Made by a program: the position numbers and the translations under genes
Part shown: in pieces, positions 1 to 11,449 of the stretch
Position numbering within the stretch: the first letter of the stretch is position 1
How the letters are laid out: every line of letters starts with the position of its first letter
Assembly (NCBI GenBank): GCA_963847445.1
Contig: CAWJZV010000034.1
Span: 224,001-288,000, forward strand
Direction: 5' to 3'
Source of the DNA: an uncultured delta proteobacterium
GTDB taxonomy: Bacteria; Desulfobacterota; Binatia; UBA9968
DNA length: 64,000 bases
Notes under the pieces: model-generated
The model's database searches: none
Told to the model about the DNA's origin: nothing
The model's input: only the letters and a program-made list of their open reading frames with translations

Positions 1-1547
1 AGGTGATGCCGGTGATGTAGAAGTGCAGCTTTGACGCCCAGAAGTAGGGATCTTCGCCGCCGGTTTCGAGCACGTCGCCCAATAACGCGTCGTTGCGTCT
101 GCCACCATCAGTTCTTTCAGTCGCGACACGCTGAGCGGCCCTTTGGCTCGTTCTTCGTAAAAAGATTTTTCAAACTCGATAGCGCACGGGAATGTCCAAC
201 AAGTAGACCGCGCCATGGCCGACTTCGATGTCGAGGATACGCGCTTTGTCACTGTCGCTGACCGTCGGGTCGTCGAGGATGCCGTTCATCAAGACATTTT
301 CGCCGAAGGTCGACGCGGTTTCCGCCAGCGTCATCGGATAGCCGCGGGCGTAGGGACGGACGTCGCGCATCATGGCGCCGTGATAGGCGTGGCCCGATTC
401 ATGGGCGAGGGTCAGCACATCGCCGAGGGATTCGTTGTAGGTCATGAAGATGCGCGATTCTTTGCTGAGCATGGAGCTGGTGCAAAAACCGCCGGGCCGT
501 TTGCCCGGGCGCGGCTCCCAATCGACCCAGTTCTTGCCGATGACCTGCTCGGTGAAGAATCTTCCCAGCGCGGGTAGGCGCGGCTAAACGACTGCGGCGA
601 CGGTGGCTTGGGCTTTGTCCCAAGACAGTTTCCCGTGATCCGGCAGATCGAGGGGCGCGCCGAGATCGAACCAGGCGACCTGCTGGCGCGCCATCGATTT
701 GGCTTTTAGTTGGAGAATACGCCGCGGTATTTCCAGGTTCGCCATCAGCGCCTCGAACATGGCGTCGAGGGTCTTGCGCCCGATCGCGGCTTGAAAAAGC
801 GCGATGTCGAGAAAGTGATCGACGCCGCGGTGGCGATTCAGTGTCAGCCGTGTGCCGGCGATGGCGTTGAGGGCGGCGGCGGCGGTGTCTTCGACGCTTT
901 GCCAAGCCGCGTTGCCGCCTTCGAAGGCGGCTTGGCGCACACGCCGGTCGGGATCGTCCATCAACGAGCGGCGTTGCGACATCGGCAAACGCGCGCGCTT
1001 GCCGTCGGGATAGACCATGTCGAATTCTAGTTTGGCAGACACCGTATCGTAGAGCCGGCCCCAGGCCTGGATGCCGTCGATGCCCAAGTCGGTGGCGAGG
1101 ATTTCTTTTTCCGCCGTCATGGCGCGGCGCGCTTCTTCGCGCAGGCGGGTCAGATAGTTCTGCGCCCCAGCCAGTGCGGGACGGGCGCAGAATGCCGCAA
1201 AGACTTTGTCATCGGCGCTCTTGCAGGCGCGCAGCAGTTCGATTCTGCACTTTAGCGAGCTCGGCGCGGGTGCGGCTGAGCTCGGCTTCTTCTTTCTGAT
1301 AACCCTCGTTGCGCGCGTCGGATGAAGCCAGGCAACCGATGTAGGAACCGAGGTGCGACATGCGGCGCGACAGGTCTTCGTTGCGCAGGAGAATATCTTC
1401 CCAGTCTGGTGCCGATTGCGCAGTAAGGGCCGGTAAACCAGCGGCGGTTGCTGCAGCGCAGCGACATCGGCGCGGATGGCTGTCTTTGAATTGAACCATT
1501 TCGGCGCCGTTAAATTCAGGAAAGTAACTCGTCAGGTCCCAGGTCAT
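1..1547 (-). CDS. M3 family oligoendopeptidase F (frameshifted, runs off window start)
   Basis: Pieces in ORFs 1209-1592 (MTWDLTSYFPEF), 584-1120 and 170-472 (TLAHESGHAYH zinc motif, LAETASTFGE) join into a PepF-like protein. Confidence 0.85.
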
Positions 1548-1626
1548 GGCGCCTCCGCGCGGTTTCGGGTTGCGGGTTCCGAGTCCCGGCACCGAATCCG
1601 TCGAGACTGCAACCTGCGATCACTAC

Positions 1627-2605
1627 TCAAATTTCCACATCGGTGCCGACGTTCCGTTCCAGTGCCTTGCGATAAACTAATTGCGCCGTGGCGACATCTT
1701 GAATGGCGATGCCGACGGATTTGTAGAGTGTGACTTCACTCGGGCTGCTTCGTCCCGTCTTGGCGCCGGCGAGGACTTCGCCGATCTCGCCATGGATATC
1801 GGCTGCGCCGATGGACTGTTCTTTGAGCGCGAGCAGGATGTCGCCACACTCGGCCATGATCGCTTCGCGCGAGTCGACGACGACCTTGGCGCGTTTCAAT
1901 GTCGCGCCGTCGATCTCGCGCAGATCGGGACGGTGCGAGCCGACGGCGTTGATGTGGACGCCAGGCTTGAGCCATTCGGCCTGGACGATTGGCTCTTTGG
2001 CGGTGGTTACCGTCACCAGGAGATCGCTGTCGCGTACCGCAGTCTTGCGCCGAATCGACGACTTCGATTGGGATGGCGCAGGGCTTTTCCAAGTCTTGTT
2101 TAATACTGCGCGCGCTCTTTCCCGACGGACTGTAGAGCTTGATACGGCTCAACTGGCGCACCCGGGTGAGGGCTTGAATATGGGCGCGCGCCTGCACGCC
2201 GGCGCCCAGGATTCCCAGCACCGGCGTGTCGGGGTTCGCTAAGGCCCTCGTCGCCAGCGCCGAGGCGCAGGCGGTTCTGATCGCGGTGATGTAGCCGCCG
2301 TCCATGGCGGCGATCATTTTGCCGGTGTCGCTGCTGAACAACATGATGGTGGCGAGGATCGCCGGCAGATTTTGCTTGGGATTGTCTTGAAAGTAGGTCA
2401 CGACTTTCATGCCGAGGGCTTTATCCTCGTTCAAATATCCCGGCATGCTGGTGATCCGTCCTTGGATTTGCGGCAGCGGCACGACCAAGCGCACCGGCAT
2501 GACCGCCTTGCCGGTGGAATATTGGATATGCGCTTGTTCCAGTGCGGCGATCAGTTCGTCGATGTCGATCAAACTCTGAACTTGTTTCTCGGACAAAACC
2601 AGCAT
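1627..2605 (-). CDS. Ornithine cyclodeaminase / mu-crystallin family protein (one frameshift near 2040)
   Basis: ITAIRTACAS, GAGVQAR, GVHINAVGS and TLYKSVGIAIQD motifs across ORFs 1736-2605 and 1627-2016. Confidence 0.9.
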
Positions 2606-2689
2606 GATTCATTTTGATAGCATAAAGCGCGCGCTGAATATAACGAGCGCAGCGATCGATTTGTCGGTGCGCTGAAAAATCGGCGCCTG

Positions 2690-2908
2690 CTACTTGATTT
2701 CCTTGTTGGCTTCTTCGAGGGCGGCCTTTTGTTTGTCCTCGCTCTGCTTGAGCGAGTCCTTGGCGCTGTCCAAGGCGTTGAACGGTTGGGTGACCACTTC
2801 CTTCACCGCTTCGCGGCCCTTTTCGACGGGAGCTTTTTTCGCGTCGCAACCGCCAAGCAGGCAGATCGCAATCGCCAGCGGTGCCATTCTGCGAATTTTT
2901 AGTTTCAT
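2690..2908 (-). CDS. Small putative lipoprotein
   Basis: Basic N-terminus, hydrophobic stretch, LLGGC lipobox and helical tail; overlaps the tsaC stop codon. Confidence 0.65.
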   Translation of the reverse strand: MKLKIRRMAPLAIAICLLGGCDAKKAPVEKGREAVKEVVTQPFNALDSAKDSLKQSEDKQKAALEEANKEIK

Positions 2909-3532
2909 GCTTCAATGACTCCTTTGCCCACGACAACTTCGAGAGCTTCCCGGCTGATCTCGCCGGCGCGAATGATTCTCAGCTTATTTTTTTCAACCGC
3001 TGCGACGGTGGAGCCGGTTGGCGAAGTCAATTCGCCGCCGTCAACGTAGATGGTGATCTTAGCGGAGAAATAGTTTTTCGCTTCCAGGACGGTGTGCGCG
3101 CCAGGTTGCCCGGAAGGATTGGCGCTGGTGGCCGTCAGCGGATGGCCGAGTAAGCGCACCAGTTCCGTGGCGATGGGCTGGCTCGACAGGCGCACGCCGA
3201 TGCCGCCCTGGCGGTTGACCAGCGGGCGCGGAATATCGGTCGCGCGCAGGCAGTACCAGCGTCAGCGGCCCCGGCCAGAAATGCGCCATCAACTTTTCCG
3301 CCAGCGGGGAAACTTTCGCCACCAGAGAATCGAGCATCGCCCGGTCGGCGACTAGCACGGGAAATGGATTGTCGGGATCGCGGCCCTTGAGTTGAAAGAT
3401 GTTTTCGACGGCGGAGAAATTCAGCGCGTCGGCGCCGAGACCGTAGAGCGTTTCGGTGGGAAAGACGATTACTTCGCCGCGTTTGAGCGCGGCCAGCGCA
3501 CTCGCCAAATTTTCTTCACGGTTCGGTTCCAC
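2905..3532 (-). CDS. tsaC: L-threonylcarbamoyladenylate synthase (TsaC/Sua5), frameshifted
   Basis: FPTETLYGLGAD, KGR, WPGPLTLVL and TATSANPSG motifs. Confidence 0.92.
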
Positions 3533-3577
3533 TGTGGAATGGCTGATTCATGCGGTGCGCGCAAACTTTCGGACTAC

Positions 3578-3664
3578 TCACCGCAGAGACGCTGAGGACG
3601 CGGAGTAAAGATTGGGTTGATTAAATATATTCCGAACTCTGCGCACTCCGTGTCTCTGCGGTGA
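3578..3664. repeat. REP-like imperfect inverted repeat (29-bp arms, AT-rich spacer)
   Basis: tcaccgcagagacgctgaggacgcggagt ... actctgcgcactccgtgtctctgcggtga between purD and tsaC. Confidence 0.8.
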
Positions 3665-3674
3665 AATCCTTCCT

Positions 3675-4971
3675 TCATTGGTCGCGGCTAGCTATGTCGG
3701 CAACAGCCCGGCGGGCGATGTCTTTGCGATAGTGCATGCCGGCCCAAGAGATTTCGCCGACCGCGCGATAGACTTCTTTTACCGCTTCGGCCATCGATTT
3801 GCCGCGGGCGGTGACGCCCAGGACCCGGCCGCCGGTGGTGAGCCAGCGGTTGTTTTCTTTGGCGGTGCCGGCGTGAAAGACGAAGCCTCGTTGCCAGTCG
3901 GCTAGTTTGTCCAGGCCGGAAATTTCTTTGCCTTTGTCATAGGCGCCGGGATAACCATTGGCGGTGAGGACGACGCAGACGGCGGGGTCTTCGTGCCATT
4001 CGGCTTCGACTTGATCGAGTTTGCCGTCGATGGTGGCTTCGAGCAGCGGCAGCAAATCGCTCTTGAGCCGCATCATGATCGGCTGGCATTCGGGATCGCC
4101 GAAGCGGGCGTTGAATTCTATGACCTTCGGTCCGCTCCTTGGTAATCATCAAGCCGACGTAGAGCAGGCCGCGGTAGCGGATGTTTTTCCGCTGCAGATC
4201 CGTCAAGCAGCGGCGTCAGTACTTCGCGCAGAACTCGCTCATGGACCTCGGGCGTCACCACCGGCGCGGGCGAGTAGGCGCCCATGCCGCCGGTGTTGGG
4301 GCCCTGGTCGTTGTCGAAGATCGCGCTTATGGTCCTGGGACGAAGCCAGCGGCAGCACATGTTCGCCGTCGGTCAAGACCATGAACGAGGCCTCTTCACC
4401 GTCGAGAAATTCTTCGATGACGACTTTGTCGCCGGCGGCGCCAAACGCCTTTTGCGACGAGGATTTCCTCGATGGCGGCTTCGGCTTCCGCCAAGGTCGC
4501 GCAGATCAGCACGCCCTTGCCGGCGGCGAGGCCGTCGGCTTTGATCACATACGGTGATTTTTGCCGCGCCAAATACTGCTTGGCTGTAGCGGCGTCGGTG
4601 CAAGTGGCGAATGCCGCCGTGGGAATTCCGTTGGCGCGGAGGATTTCCTTGGTGAAGGCTTTGCTGCCTTCGAGTTGGGCGGCGGCTTGGTTTGGTCCGA
4701 AAATTCTCAGATCGACGGGATTCGAATAGATCGACGATGCCGAGGGTCAGCGGCAACTCCGGGCCGACGACGGTGAGATCGATATGTTCTCTTTTCGGCG
4801 AAGTCGGCCAGTCGATCGAGTTGCTCGGGGTTGATCGCCACGCATTCGGCTAACTCGCCGATGGCCGCGCTGCCCGGCGCGCAGAAGATTTTCGTCACGC
4901 GCGGGCTTTGGCTGAAGCTTCCAGACCAGCGCGTGTTCGCGGCCGCCGCTGCCGATGATTAGTAGTTTCAT
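3675..4971 (-). CDS. purD: Phosphoribosylamine-glycine ligase (several frameshifts)
   Basis: [32 protein letters not shown] and GGRVLGVT motifs. Confidence 0.95.
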
Positions 4972-4983
4972 GAAGGGTCGAAT

Positions 4984-5039
4984 ATGGAGAATGGAGGATG
5001 GAGGATCGCGATCTTCTATCCTCCATTCTCTATCCTCGA
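4984..5039. repeat. Heptamer-periodic inverted repeat in the purH-purD spacer
   Basis: atggaga-atggagg-atggagg-atcgcgat-cttctat-cctccat-tctctat. Confidence 0.7.
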
Positions 5040-5040
5040 C

Positions 5041-6613
5041 TTAATGTCTAAAATGCCTCATGCCGGTGAAGATCATGGCGATGCCATGTTCGTTGGCGGC
5101 GGCGATGACTTCTTCGTCCTTGATCGAGCCGCCGGGTTGGATGATCGACTTGGCGCCGCCATTGGCGGCTTCGTCGAGGCCGTCGCGGAATGGATAAAAG
5201 GCGTCGGAAGCGACCGCGGAGCCTTTCAGATCGAGACCGTGAGTCGCCGCGCGCAGCACGGCGATCTTGGTCGAGTCGATGCGGCTCATCTGGCCGGCGC
5301 CGACGCCGAGCACTTGGTCGGGCGAGGCGAACACGATGGTGTTCGATTTCACATGGCGGCAGACCCGCCAGGCGAAATCGAGGGCGCGATACTCGTCGTC
5401 CGTGGGCTTGCGTTCGGTGACGACTTTGCAGGCGCGCACGTCGATCTTGCCGGTGTCCCAATCTTGGATCAGCATGCCGCCGCGCACGCGCCGCAGATCG
5501 TAACCGCCGGTCTGCGGCTGGCTCATGTCGCATTCGAGCAAGCGGATGTTGAGCAGCCGCTTTTGCGACGACAGCACGGCTTTGGCTTCCGGCGTAAAGC
5601 TCGGCGCGATGACGATTTCGAGAAAAATATCCTTGAGTTCCAGCGCGGTCTCTTCGTCCACCGGCCGATTAAACGCCAAGACGCCGCCAAAGATCGAAAC
5701 CGGATCGCAGGCCTTGGCTTTGCGAAACGAGTCGGCGAGGGATTTTGTCGACAGGGCGACGCCGCAAGGATTGTTGTGCTTGATGGCGACGGTGGCGATA
5801 TCGGAGAATTCCAACACCGTGCTCAAGGCCGCGTCGGCATCGAGGATGTTGTTGAACGACAGTTCCTTGCCTTGGAACTGTTTGGCCCGCGAGATCGATG
5901 GGCCGGCATCGCCCGTGGTGCCGTAGAACGCCGCGCTCTGATGCGGATTCTCGCCGTAGCGCATGTCCTGGAGTTTGCTCACTTGGATGTTGACCGTCTG
6001 GCCCCAGCGCTGCGGCTTCTTGTCTTGGTCCAGCGAAGAAAAGTAGTTGGAGATGGCGCCATCGTAGTGCGCGGTGTGCTGGAACGCCTTGCAGAAAAGC
6101 CGGAAGTGCGTCGCCGGCAGGAGCGCGCCGTTATTAGCCTTCATTTCGCAAGAATCGAATCGTAGTCCGCCGGATCGACGACGACGCCGACATGCTGATG
6201 ATTTTTCGCCGCGGCGCGCACCATGCTCGGGCCGCCGATGTCGATGTTTTCGACGACTTCTTCGAAGGCCGCGCCGCGGGCGACGGTGGCTTCGAAGGGA
6301 TAGAGATTGACGACGACGAGATCGATGGGCTTGATGCCATGCTCTTTCATCTTGGCGACATGTTCGGGGTTGTCGCGCAGCGCCAGGATGCCGCCATGAA
6401 TTTTCGGATGCAGGGTTTTGACCCGGCCGTCCATCATTTCCGGAAAGCCGGTGAGCTCGGCGACGTCTTTGACGGGATCTTGTTGTCGCGCAGCAGCGCC
6501 GCGGTGCCGCCGGTGGAAACCAGTTCGACGCCCATGGCTGCGAGGGCGCGGGAAAATTCGACAATGCCTTGCTTGTCGGAAACGCTGATAAGGGCTCTTT
6601 CAATCTTGCCCAC
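5041..6613 (-). CDS. purH: Bifunctional AICAR formyltransferase/IMP cyclohydrolase (frameshifts in the 5' part)
   Basis: GTG start ([13 protein letters not shown]) after an AGGAGG RBS; [26 protein letters not shown] and GMRHFRH motifs. Confidence 0.96.
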
Positions 6614-6627
6614 TGCCGGTAATCCTC

Positions 6628-7769
6628 CTAAATATTGTTGTGAATGCGGGGAACGCGAGCGCCGATGGAAGTGAAAATCTCGTAAGAGATCGTGTTTGCC
6701 CAGCCGGCGATCTCGTCGGCGCCGATTTCCGCGCCGCCTTGACCGCCGAGGAGAACAACCTCGTCTCCCTGCTGGACATTTCTAATATCGGTAACATCGA
6801 TGGTAGTCAAATCCATGCTCACTCTACCGACTACCGGCGCGCGTTTGCCGCGCACCAAGACTTGCGCGCGGTTGGAAAAAAGCCGGCGGTAACCGTCGGC
6901 GTAGCCCACCGGCAACGTGGCGATGAGGCTGTTTCGCTGCGTCACAAAAGTGCGACCGTAGCCGATCGCTGGTGCCGGCGGCGACGCGCTTTAACTGGAT
7001 GATGCGCGTCTGCCAACTCAGCACCGGCTTGAGATCGATCTGCTTCTTGAGCGCCGGCGCCGGATACATGCCGTAGAGAATCAGCCCCGGCCGCACCATG
7101 GAAAAATGCGCTGTCGGTTCGGTGATGAGCGCCGCGCTCTTGGCCATGTGGCTGCATTCGATGCATGACCTCGGCGTCTGCCAAGCGGCTTAGCACTTGA
7201 TTGAAACAGGTAAGCTGTTTCTGGCTATAGCGTTCTTTGGCGCTCTCGGCATCGGCAAAATGGGAAAACACGCCGCGCTAGTTTGACCGCTTCTGAGCTT
7301 GGCGAGCGCCGGCAGCCAAGCTGTCGATTTCCTCGGCCGGGAAACCAATGCGGCCCATGCCGGTGTCGACTTCGATTTCCACTGGCAGCGTCGCTTTGAT
7401 CGTTGGCGCAGCCGTTTGTCCAAAGCCTTCAACGTCTCGACTTCATGGACCACCGGCGTTAGCCGGTATTTCAAAAACTACTCGCAATTGTTCGAGGTAC
7501 ACACCGGCGAGCACCAGGATCGGTTGCCTGATGCGCGCGCGCCTGAGTTCTATGCCTTCTTCCACCGTGGCGACACCGAAGGCGTCGCTGCCGGCGGCGG
7601 CAAGAGTTTTTGCCACAGCGACGGCGCCATGGCCGTAACCGTTGGCTTTGACCATGGACAGGATTTTCACCCGCGGACCGACCAGGGCGCGAATCTGTTT
7701 GAAGTTCCAGCGCAAGGCTCGATGGTCGATGACGCAGAGGGTGGGCCGCCCTGGCAGGGTGATGGTCAT
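6628..7769 (-). CDS. alr: Alanine racemase (several frameshifts)
   Basis: [12 protein letters not shown]-lysine motif, [20 protein letters not shown] and GRVSMD. Confidence 0.93.
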
Positions 7770-7796
7770 TAAGGACGAGGTTGTCTGTTCGACTGG

Positions 7797-8140
7797 TTAC
7801 TTAACCTGGAACCGGCAAGCGCCGGTTTGTCCGGTGTCAAGACGATCACCTGGTCGCCGCTGGAGGCGGCGAGCAGCATGCCTTGACTCTCCATGCCGCG
7901 CAGTTTGGCGGTGGCCAGGTTGGCGACGACGACGATTTGTTTGCCGACCAGTTGTTCCGGCGTGTAGTGGCTTCTGATGCCGGCGCAGATTTGCCGCTGT
8001 TCGGTGCCGAGATCGACTTGCAGCACCATCAGTTTGTCGGCGTTGGGATGGGGCTCGGCGGCGGTGATCGTCGCGACTTTGAGCTCGATCTTTTTGAAAT
8101 CGTCGATGGAGATGGTGGCGCTAGTTTCCGAAGTTTCCAT
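7797..8140 (-). CDS. Stand-alone tRNA-binding OB domain (MetRS beta / Trbp111 / CsaA-like)
   Basis: ISIDDFKKIELKV, HPNADKL, RQICAGI and LRGMESQGMLLA motifs; 3' end assumes one indel. Confidence 0.88.
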
Positions 8141-8294
8141 CGGAGAAAAGTAGCAGAAGTGGCGCGGCAAAAAAAGCGACCTTCATGCCACCGGCGATTT
8201 TCTCCTTCGTCCGCTAACGGGTGGAGGCGGTTTGAGCCAGAGAGTTTGTCGCTGGTTACTCAGTTGGCGTACAACCGGGCTCTGTGATTGTCTA

Positions 8295-9530
8295 TCACGG
8301 TTCATTAGCGGCCAGACGCCAGAGCGAGGTCACTTCGGCGGCCCGCGCGAAGTGCAGCGGATCGCTCGCATCGGATGCCTTGGGATGGCTTGGCTTGGCA
8401 TCGATTCGGCCCACGACCTTCAGGCCGGCAGTCGCGAACGCAGCCAACAGGTCGACGCGTGATCGTAAGCCTAAGTGCTCGGCAAAGTCAGACAAGATGA
8501 GCCAACCCTCACCTCCCGGCAGAAGGTGCGCGGCCAAACCATTCAGGAACCCAAGCAGCATGCGGCTGTCTTCGTCGTAAATAGCAGACTCAAGGGGTGA
8601 GCTGGGCCGCGCGGGAAGCCAGGGCGGATTGCACACCACTAGCGACGCTCGGCCCTCGGGGAATAGATCCGCCGGCACTACCTGCACTTGCCGCGTCACG
8701 CCCAGCCGTGCGAGGTTGTCACGCGCGCAGGCGAGCGCGCGCGGGTCCTGATCGGTCGCGACCACCTGCTCGATACGGCGCCGCGCTAGCACCGCAGCGA
8801 GCACACCGGAGCCCGTGCCGATGTCAAAGGCGACAAACCTGGCCTGCCTGGTCACAGGCAAGGGCGCTGTCGCGACGAGGCTCACATATTCTCCCCTTAG
8901 CGGAGAGAAGACGCCGTAATGCGGGTGGATGCGGTTGTTCGGCGCGTCGCCGAGCGCGGAAATCTCAACGCCTTTTTTGCGCCACTCATGGGCGCTAATC
9001 ATCCCCAGTAGGTCGCGCAGGGACGCCACTGAGGCGCCGACAGCCGCGTCCGCTGGATCCTTGCCCCACGCGTCCGCGCAGGCTTGTCGGGCATCGGGGG
9101 CGCGGCGCAAGGCAATACTATAATCGTCGTTAAAAGGCAGCAGCAGCAAGCCCAACACGCGCGCCCGCTGCGACTGGGCCTGACGATGGCGGTGAAAGGC
9201 GTCGGCAGGGGATGCGCACTGAGTAGATTCGCTTTTTCGGCTTCTTTGCTTGCGTCCGGGCGTTTTGTCGATGCGCCGCGCCAGTGCCTGGAGCAACTGT
9301 GTGGCGTTGTGAAAATCTCCACGCCAGAGCAAAGCCGTGCCTTCGCAGGCCAGGCGATAGGCAGCGTCAGCCGTGATGCTGTCGTCAGCCACAGCGACCC
9401 GCTCGGGCGGTGGCGCGCCGCGCTCTGAGCGCCAGAGAGCCGCACAACTTGTACCCGCTTCAGTCCAGTGGATGGACGGCCTTGGGCTGTCGAAGGGCTC
9501 TGTACCGCCGCTGGAAAGTGAAATTGGCAT
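8295..9530 (-). CDS. Class I SAM-dependent methyltransferase (HemK/RsmC-like)
   Basis: FDIGTGSGVLA motif I, VCNPPW motif IV, HYGVFSP; uninterrupted ORF. Confidence 0.85.
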   Translation of the reverse strand: MPISLSSGGTEPFDSPRPSIHWTEAGTSCAALWRSERGAPPPERVAVADDSITADAAYRLACEGTALLWRGDFHNATQLLQALARRIDKTPGRKQRSRKSESTQCASPADAFHRHRQAQSQRARVLGLLLLPFNDDYSIALRRAPDARQACADAWGKDPADAAVGASVASLRDLLGMISAHEWRKKGVEISALGDAPNNRIHPHYGVFSPLRGEYVSLVATAPLPVTRQARFVAFDIGTGSGVLAAVLARRRIEQVVATDQDPRALACARDNLARLGVTRQVQVVPADLFPEGRASLVVCNPPWLPARPSSPLESAIYDEDSRMLLGFLNGLAAHLLPGGEGWLILSDFAEHLGLRSRVDLLAAFATAGLKVVGRIDAKPSHPKASDASDPLHFARAAEVTSLWRLAANEP

Positions 9531-9795
9531 CGGTTTCGTCAAGACGGATAGGACAAGAGGGCAACCGCACTCGCGGCAATCGGTCACGCCTGCGGATCGA
9601 CTATTTCACCGATTGGCAATATCGCTTCTGCTCCATCTGCTCGCCGCCGATGCTCCCGGCTTCTACTATATAACTATACAACCGAGTGACTATGCATGAA
9701 TACCGCTTGGCCGCTGGCGCAACTCCTTGGCGGTTATCCCGCTCCGCTGCACTGCCCTTGCTTATCCTGGCGGAAAAATAATTGTCAACGGTTTC

Positions 9796-9836
9796 TTGAC
9801 TCACGTCGCGCTGTTTCGTATTAGTAACTGTTATTA
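9796..9836 (+). promoter_or_regulatory. Putative sigma70 promoter with overlapping 7-1-7 Fur/PerR-like operator
   Basis: TTGACT-17bp-TATTAG; TAGTAAC-T-GTTATTA at 9822-9836; AGGAGG RBS follows. Confidence 0.6.
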
Positions 9837-9855
9837 TTTAGGAGGAGGAAGCATT

Positions 9856-10283
9856 ATGGCAAAAAGCATTAGCAGGCACAAAGTCTCATGAGAACCTGAA
9901 GGGCGCCTTCGCGGGCGAGTCTCAGGCCAATCGGCGTTACCTGTATTTCGCACGGGTGGCGGATATCGAAGGGTTATCCGGATGTCGGCGGTTTGTTCCG
10001 CGACACGTCGGAAGCCGAGACCGGTCACGCCTTCGGGCATCTCGACTTTCTCAAAGAAGTCGGCGATCCCTGCACCGGCGTGGCGATCGGCACCACGTCG
10101 AAGAATTTAAAGTCGGCGGTGGAAGGCGAAACCTACGAATACACCGAAATGTATCCGGGCTTTGCCAAGACGGCGCGCGATGAAGGACTGCCCGAATTGG
10201 CCGAATGGTTTGAAACTTTGGCCAAGGCGGAAAAGTCTCACGCCGGTCGCTTCGCCAAGGGGCTCGATACTCTCGGTAGTTGA
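9856..10283 (+). CDS. rbr: Rubrerythrin (short type without rubredoxin domain), frameshifted
   Basis: [31 protein letters not shown] and AEKSHA motifs. Confidence 0.9.
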
Positions 10284-10359
10284 TGACCTCGTTGACCGAT
10301 TATCACGGCGGCGGCTAGCGCGGAATTTTCTACGCCAGCCGCCGCTCTCGATAGCTATC

Positions 10360-10940
10360 ATGAAAAAAATTGTCCTCGACGATATCTTGGGATTTACCGC
10401 CTACGAAAAGGTGCGCGAAGAGTTCCGCCGCGAAATCATCGAAAAGAAAAAACTCCGCCGGGTTTCGGTGGGCGAGAATATTTCCCTGGTGTTTGAAAAC
10501 CGCGACACGGTGATCTTTCAGATCCAAGAAATGTTGCGCGCCGAACGGATCACCGACCTCGACAAGATTCGCGAGGAGATCGCCGTCTACAATGAACTGA
10601 TTCCCAACCCCGGCGAACTCAGCGCCACGCTGTTTCATCGAGATCGAGGATCAGACTCACTTGCGCGACGACTTGCTGAAATTTCTCGGCATCGACGAAG
10701 CGGTACTATTCAAGGTCGGCGATCAGAGAGTTCCCGGGCGATTCGAAGAAGGGCCGCGCAAAGAGGATAAGATTAGCGCAGTCCAGTATGTGCGATTTTC
10801 CTTCGATACGCGGAAGCGCGCCAGGCCTTTCTCGCCGGGGCGCCGGCTGGAAATTGCTGTTGACCATGCCAACTACCGCGCGAGTAAAGTTCTTAGCGCC
10901 GCGGTGCAAGCGGTCGTTGGCCGAGGATTTGGCGGAATAG
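10360..10940 (+). CDS. DUF3501 family protein, frameshifted
   Basis: RRVSVGENISLVFENRDTVIFQIQEMLRAE, YNELIP and SAVQYVRF; typical rubrerythrin neighbour. Confidence 0.8.
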
Positions 10941-10942
10941 CT

Positions 10943-11335
10943 ATGGCGTCTACCGCAAAGCTGGCGCGGAATACCAGACAATTGGCGATGGTCTGGCAGG
11001 CCATCGAGCATGATCAGTCCCATCCCACTGCCGATCAGGTCTATGACCGGGTGCGGCGCAAACTGCCGAATATCAGTCTCGGCACCGTGTATCGCAACTT
11101 GCAGAAGCTGGTGGCACTAAAAAAGCTGCAAGTCTTGATGCTCGGGCGCTCGCAACATTTCGATCCGCTGGTCAAGCGTCATCAGCATTTTATCTGCGAA
11201 GTTTGCGATCGCGTCTTCGACGTGCTGGTTGAAAGCCAACGGGAGATCCGGCCGGCAAAGCTTCCCGAAGCGGGCTTCACCGTAACCTCGCACCACTCGG
11301 CCTTCTACGGTACCTGCAAGAGCTGCTCTTCCTAG
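10943..11335 (+). CDS. Fur-family repressor (PerR-like)
   Basis: HPTADQVY, ISLGTVYRNL, HQHFICEVC and terminal CKSC. Confidence 0.9.
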   Translation: MASTAKLARNTRQLAMVWQAIEHDQSHPTADQVYDRVRRKLPNISLGTVYRNLQKLVALKKLQVLMLGRSQHFDPLVKRHQHFICEVCDRVFDVLVESQREIRPAKLPEAGFTVTSHHSAFYGTCKSCSS

Positions 11336-11449
11336 TATTCTTATTTCTTGTAAACTGGCGGCCGCGGCGATAAGGTCTTTCCAGTCGCGACGGTAGCCAG
11401 CGCAAGGATTGCGGCAGCGAATCCACGGCGCTGGCCATGAGGAGGAGAA

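Noticed and set aside
4984-6165. 393-aa plus-strand ORF
   Set aside because: Antisense shadow of purH; its start falls in the intergenic repeat
1-7800. Mass pseudogenisation or programmed frameshifting in pepF, tsaC, purD, purH and alr
   Set aside because: Single-base indels hit housekeeping genes throughout the window (also holB, metG) without in-frame stops; best explained as sequencing errors
10661-11335. Apparent DUF3501-Fur fusion
   Set aside because: A TAG at 10938-10940 and an ATG at 10943 indicate two genes joined by an indel
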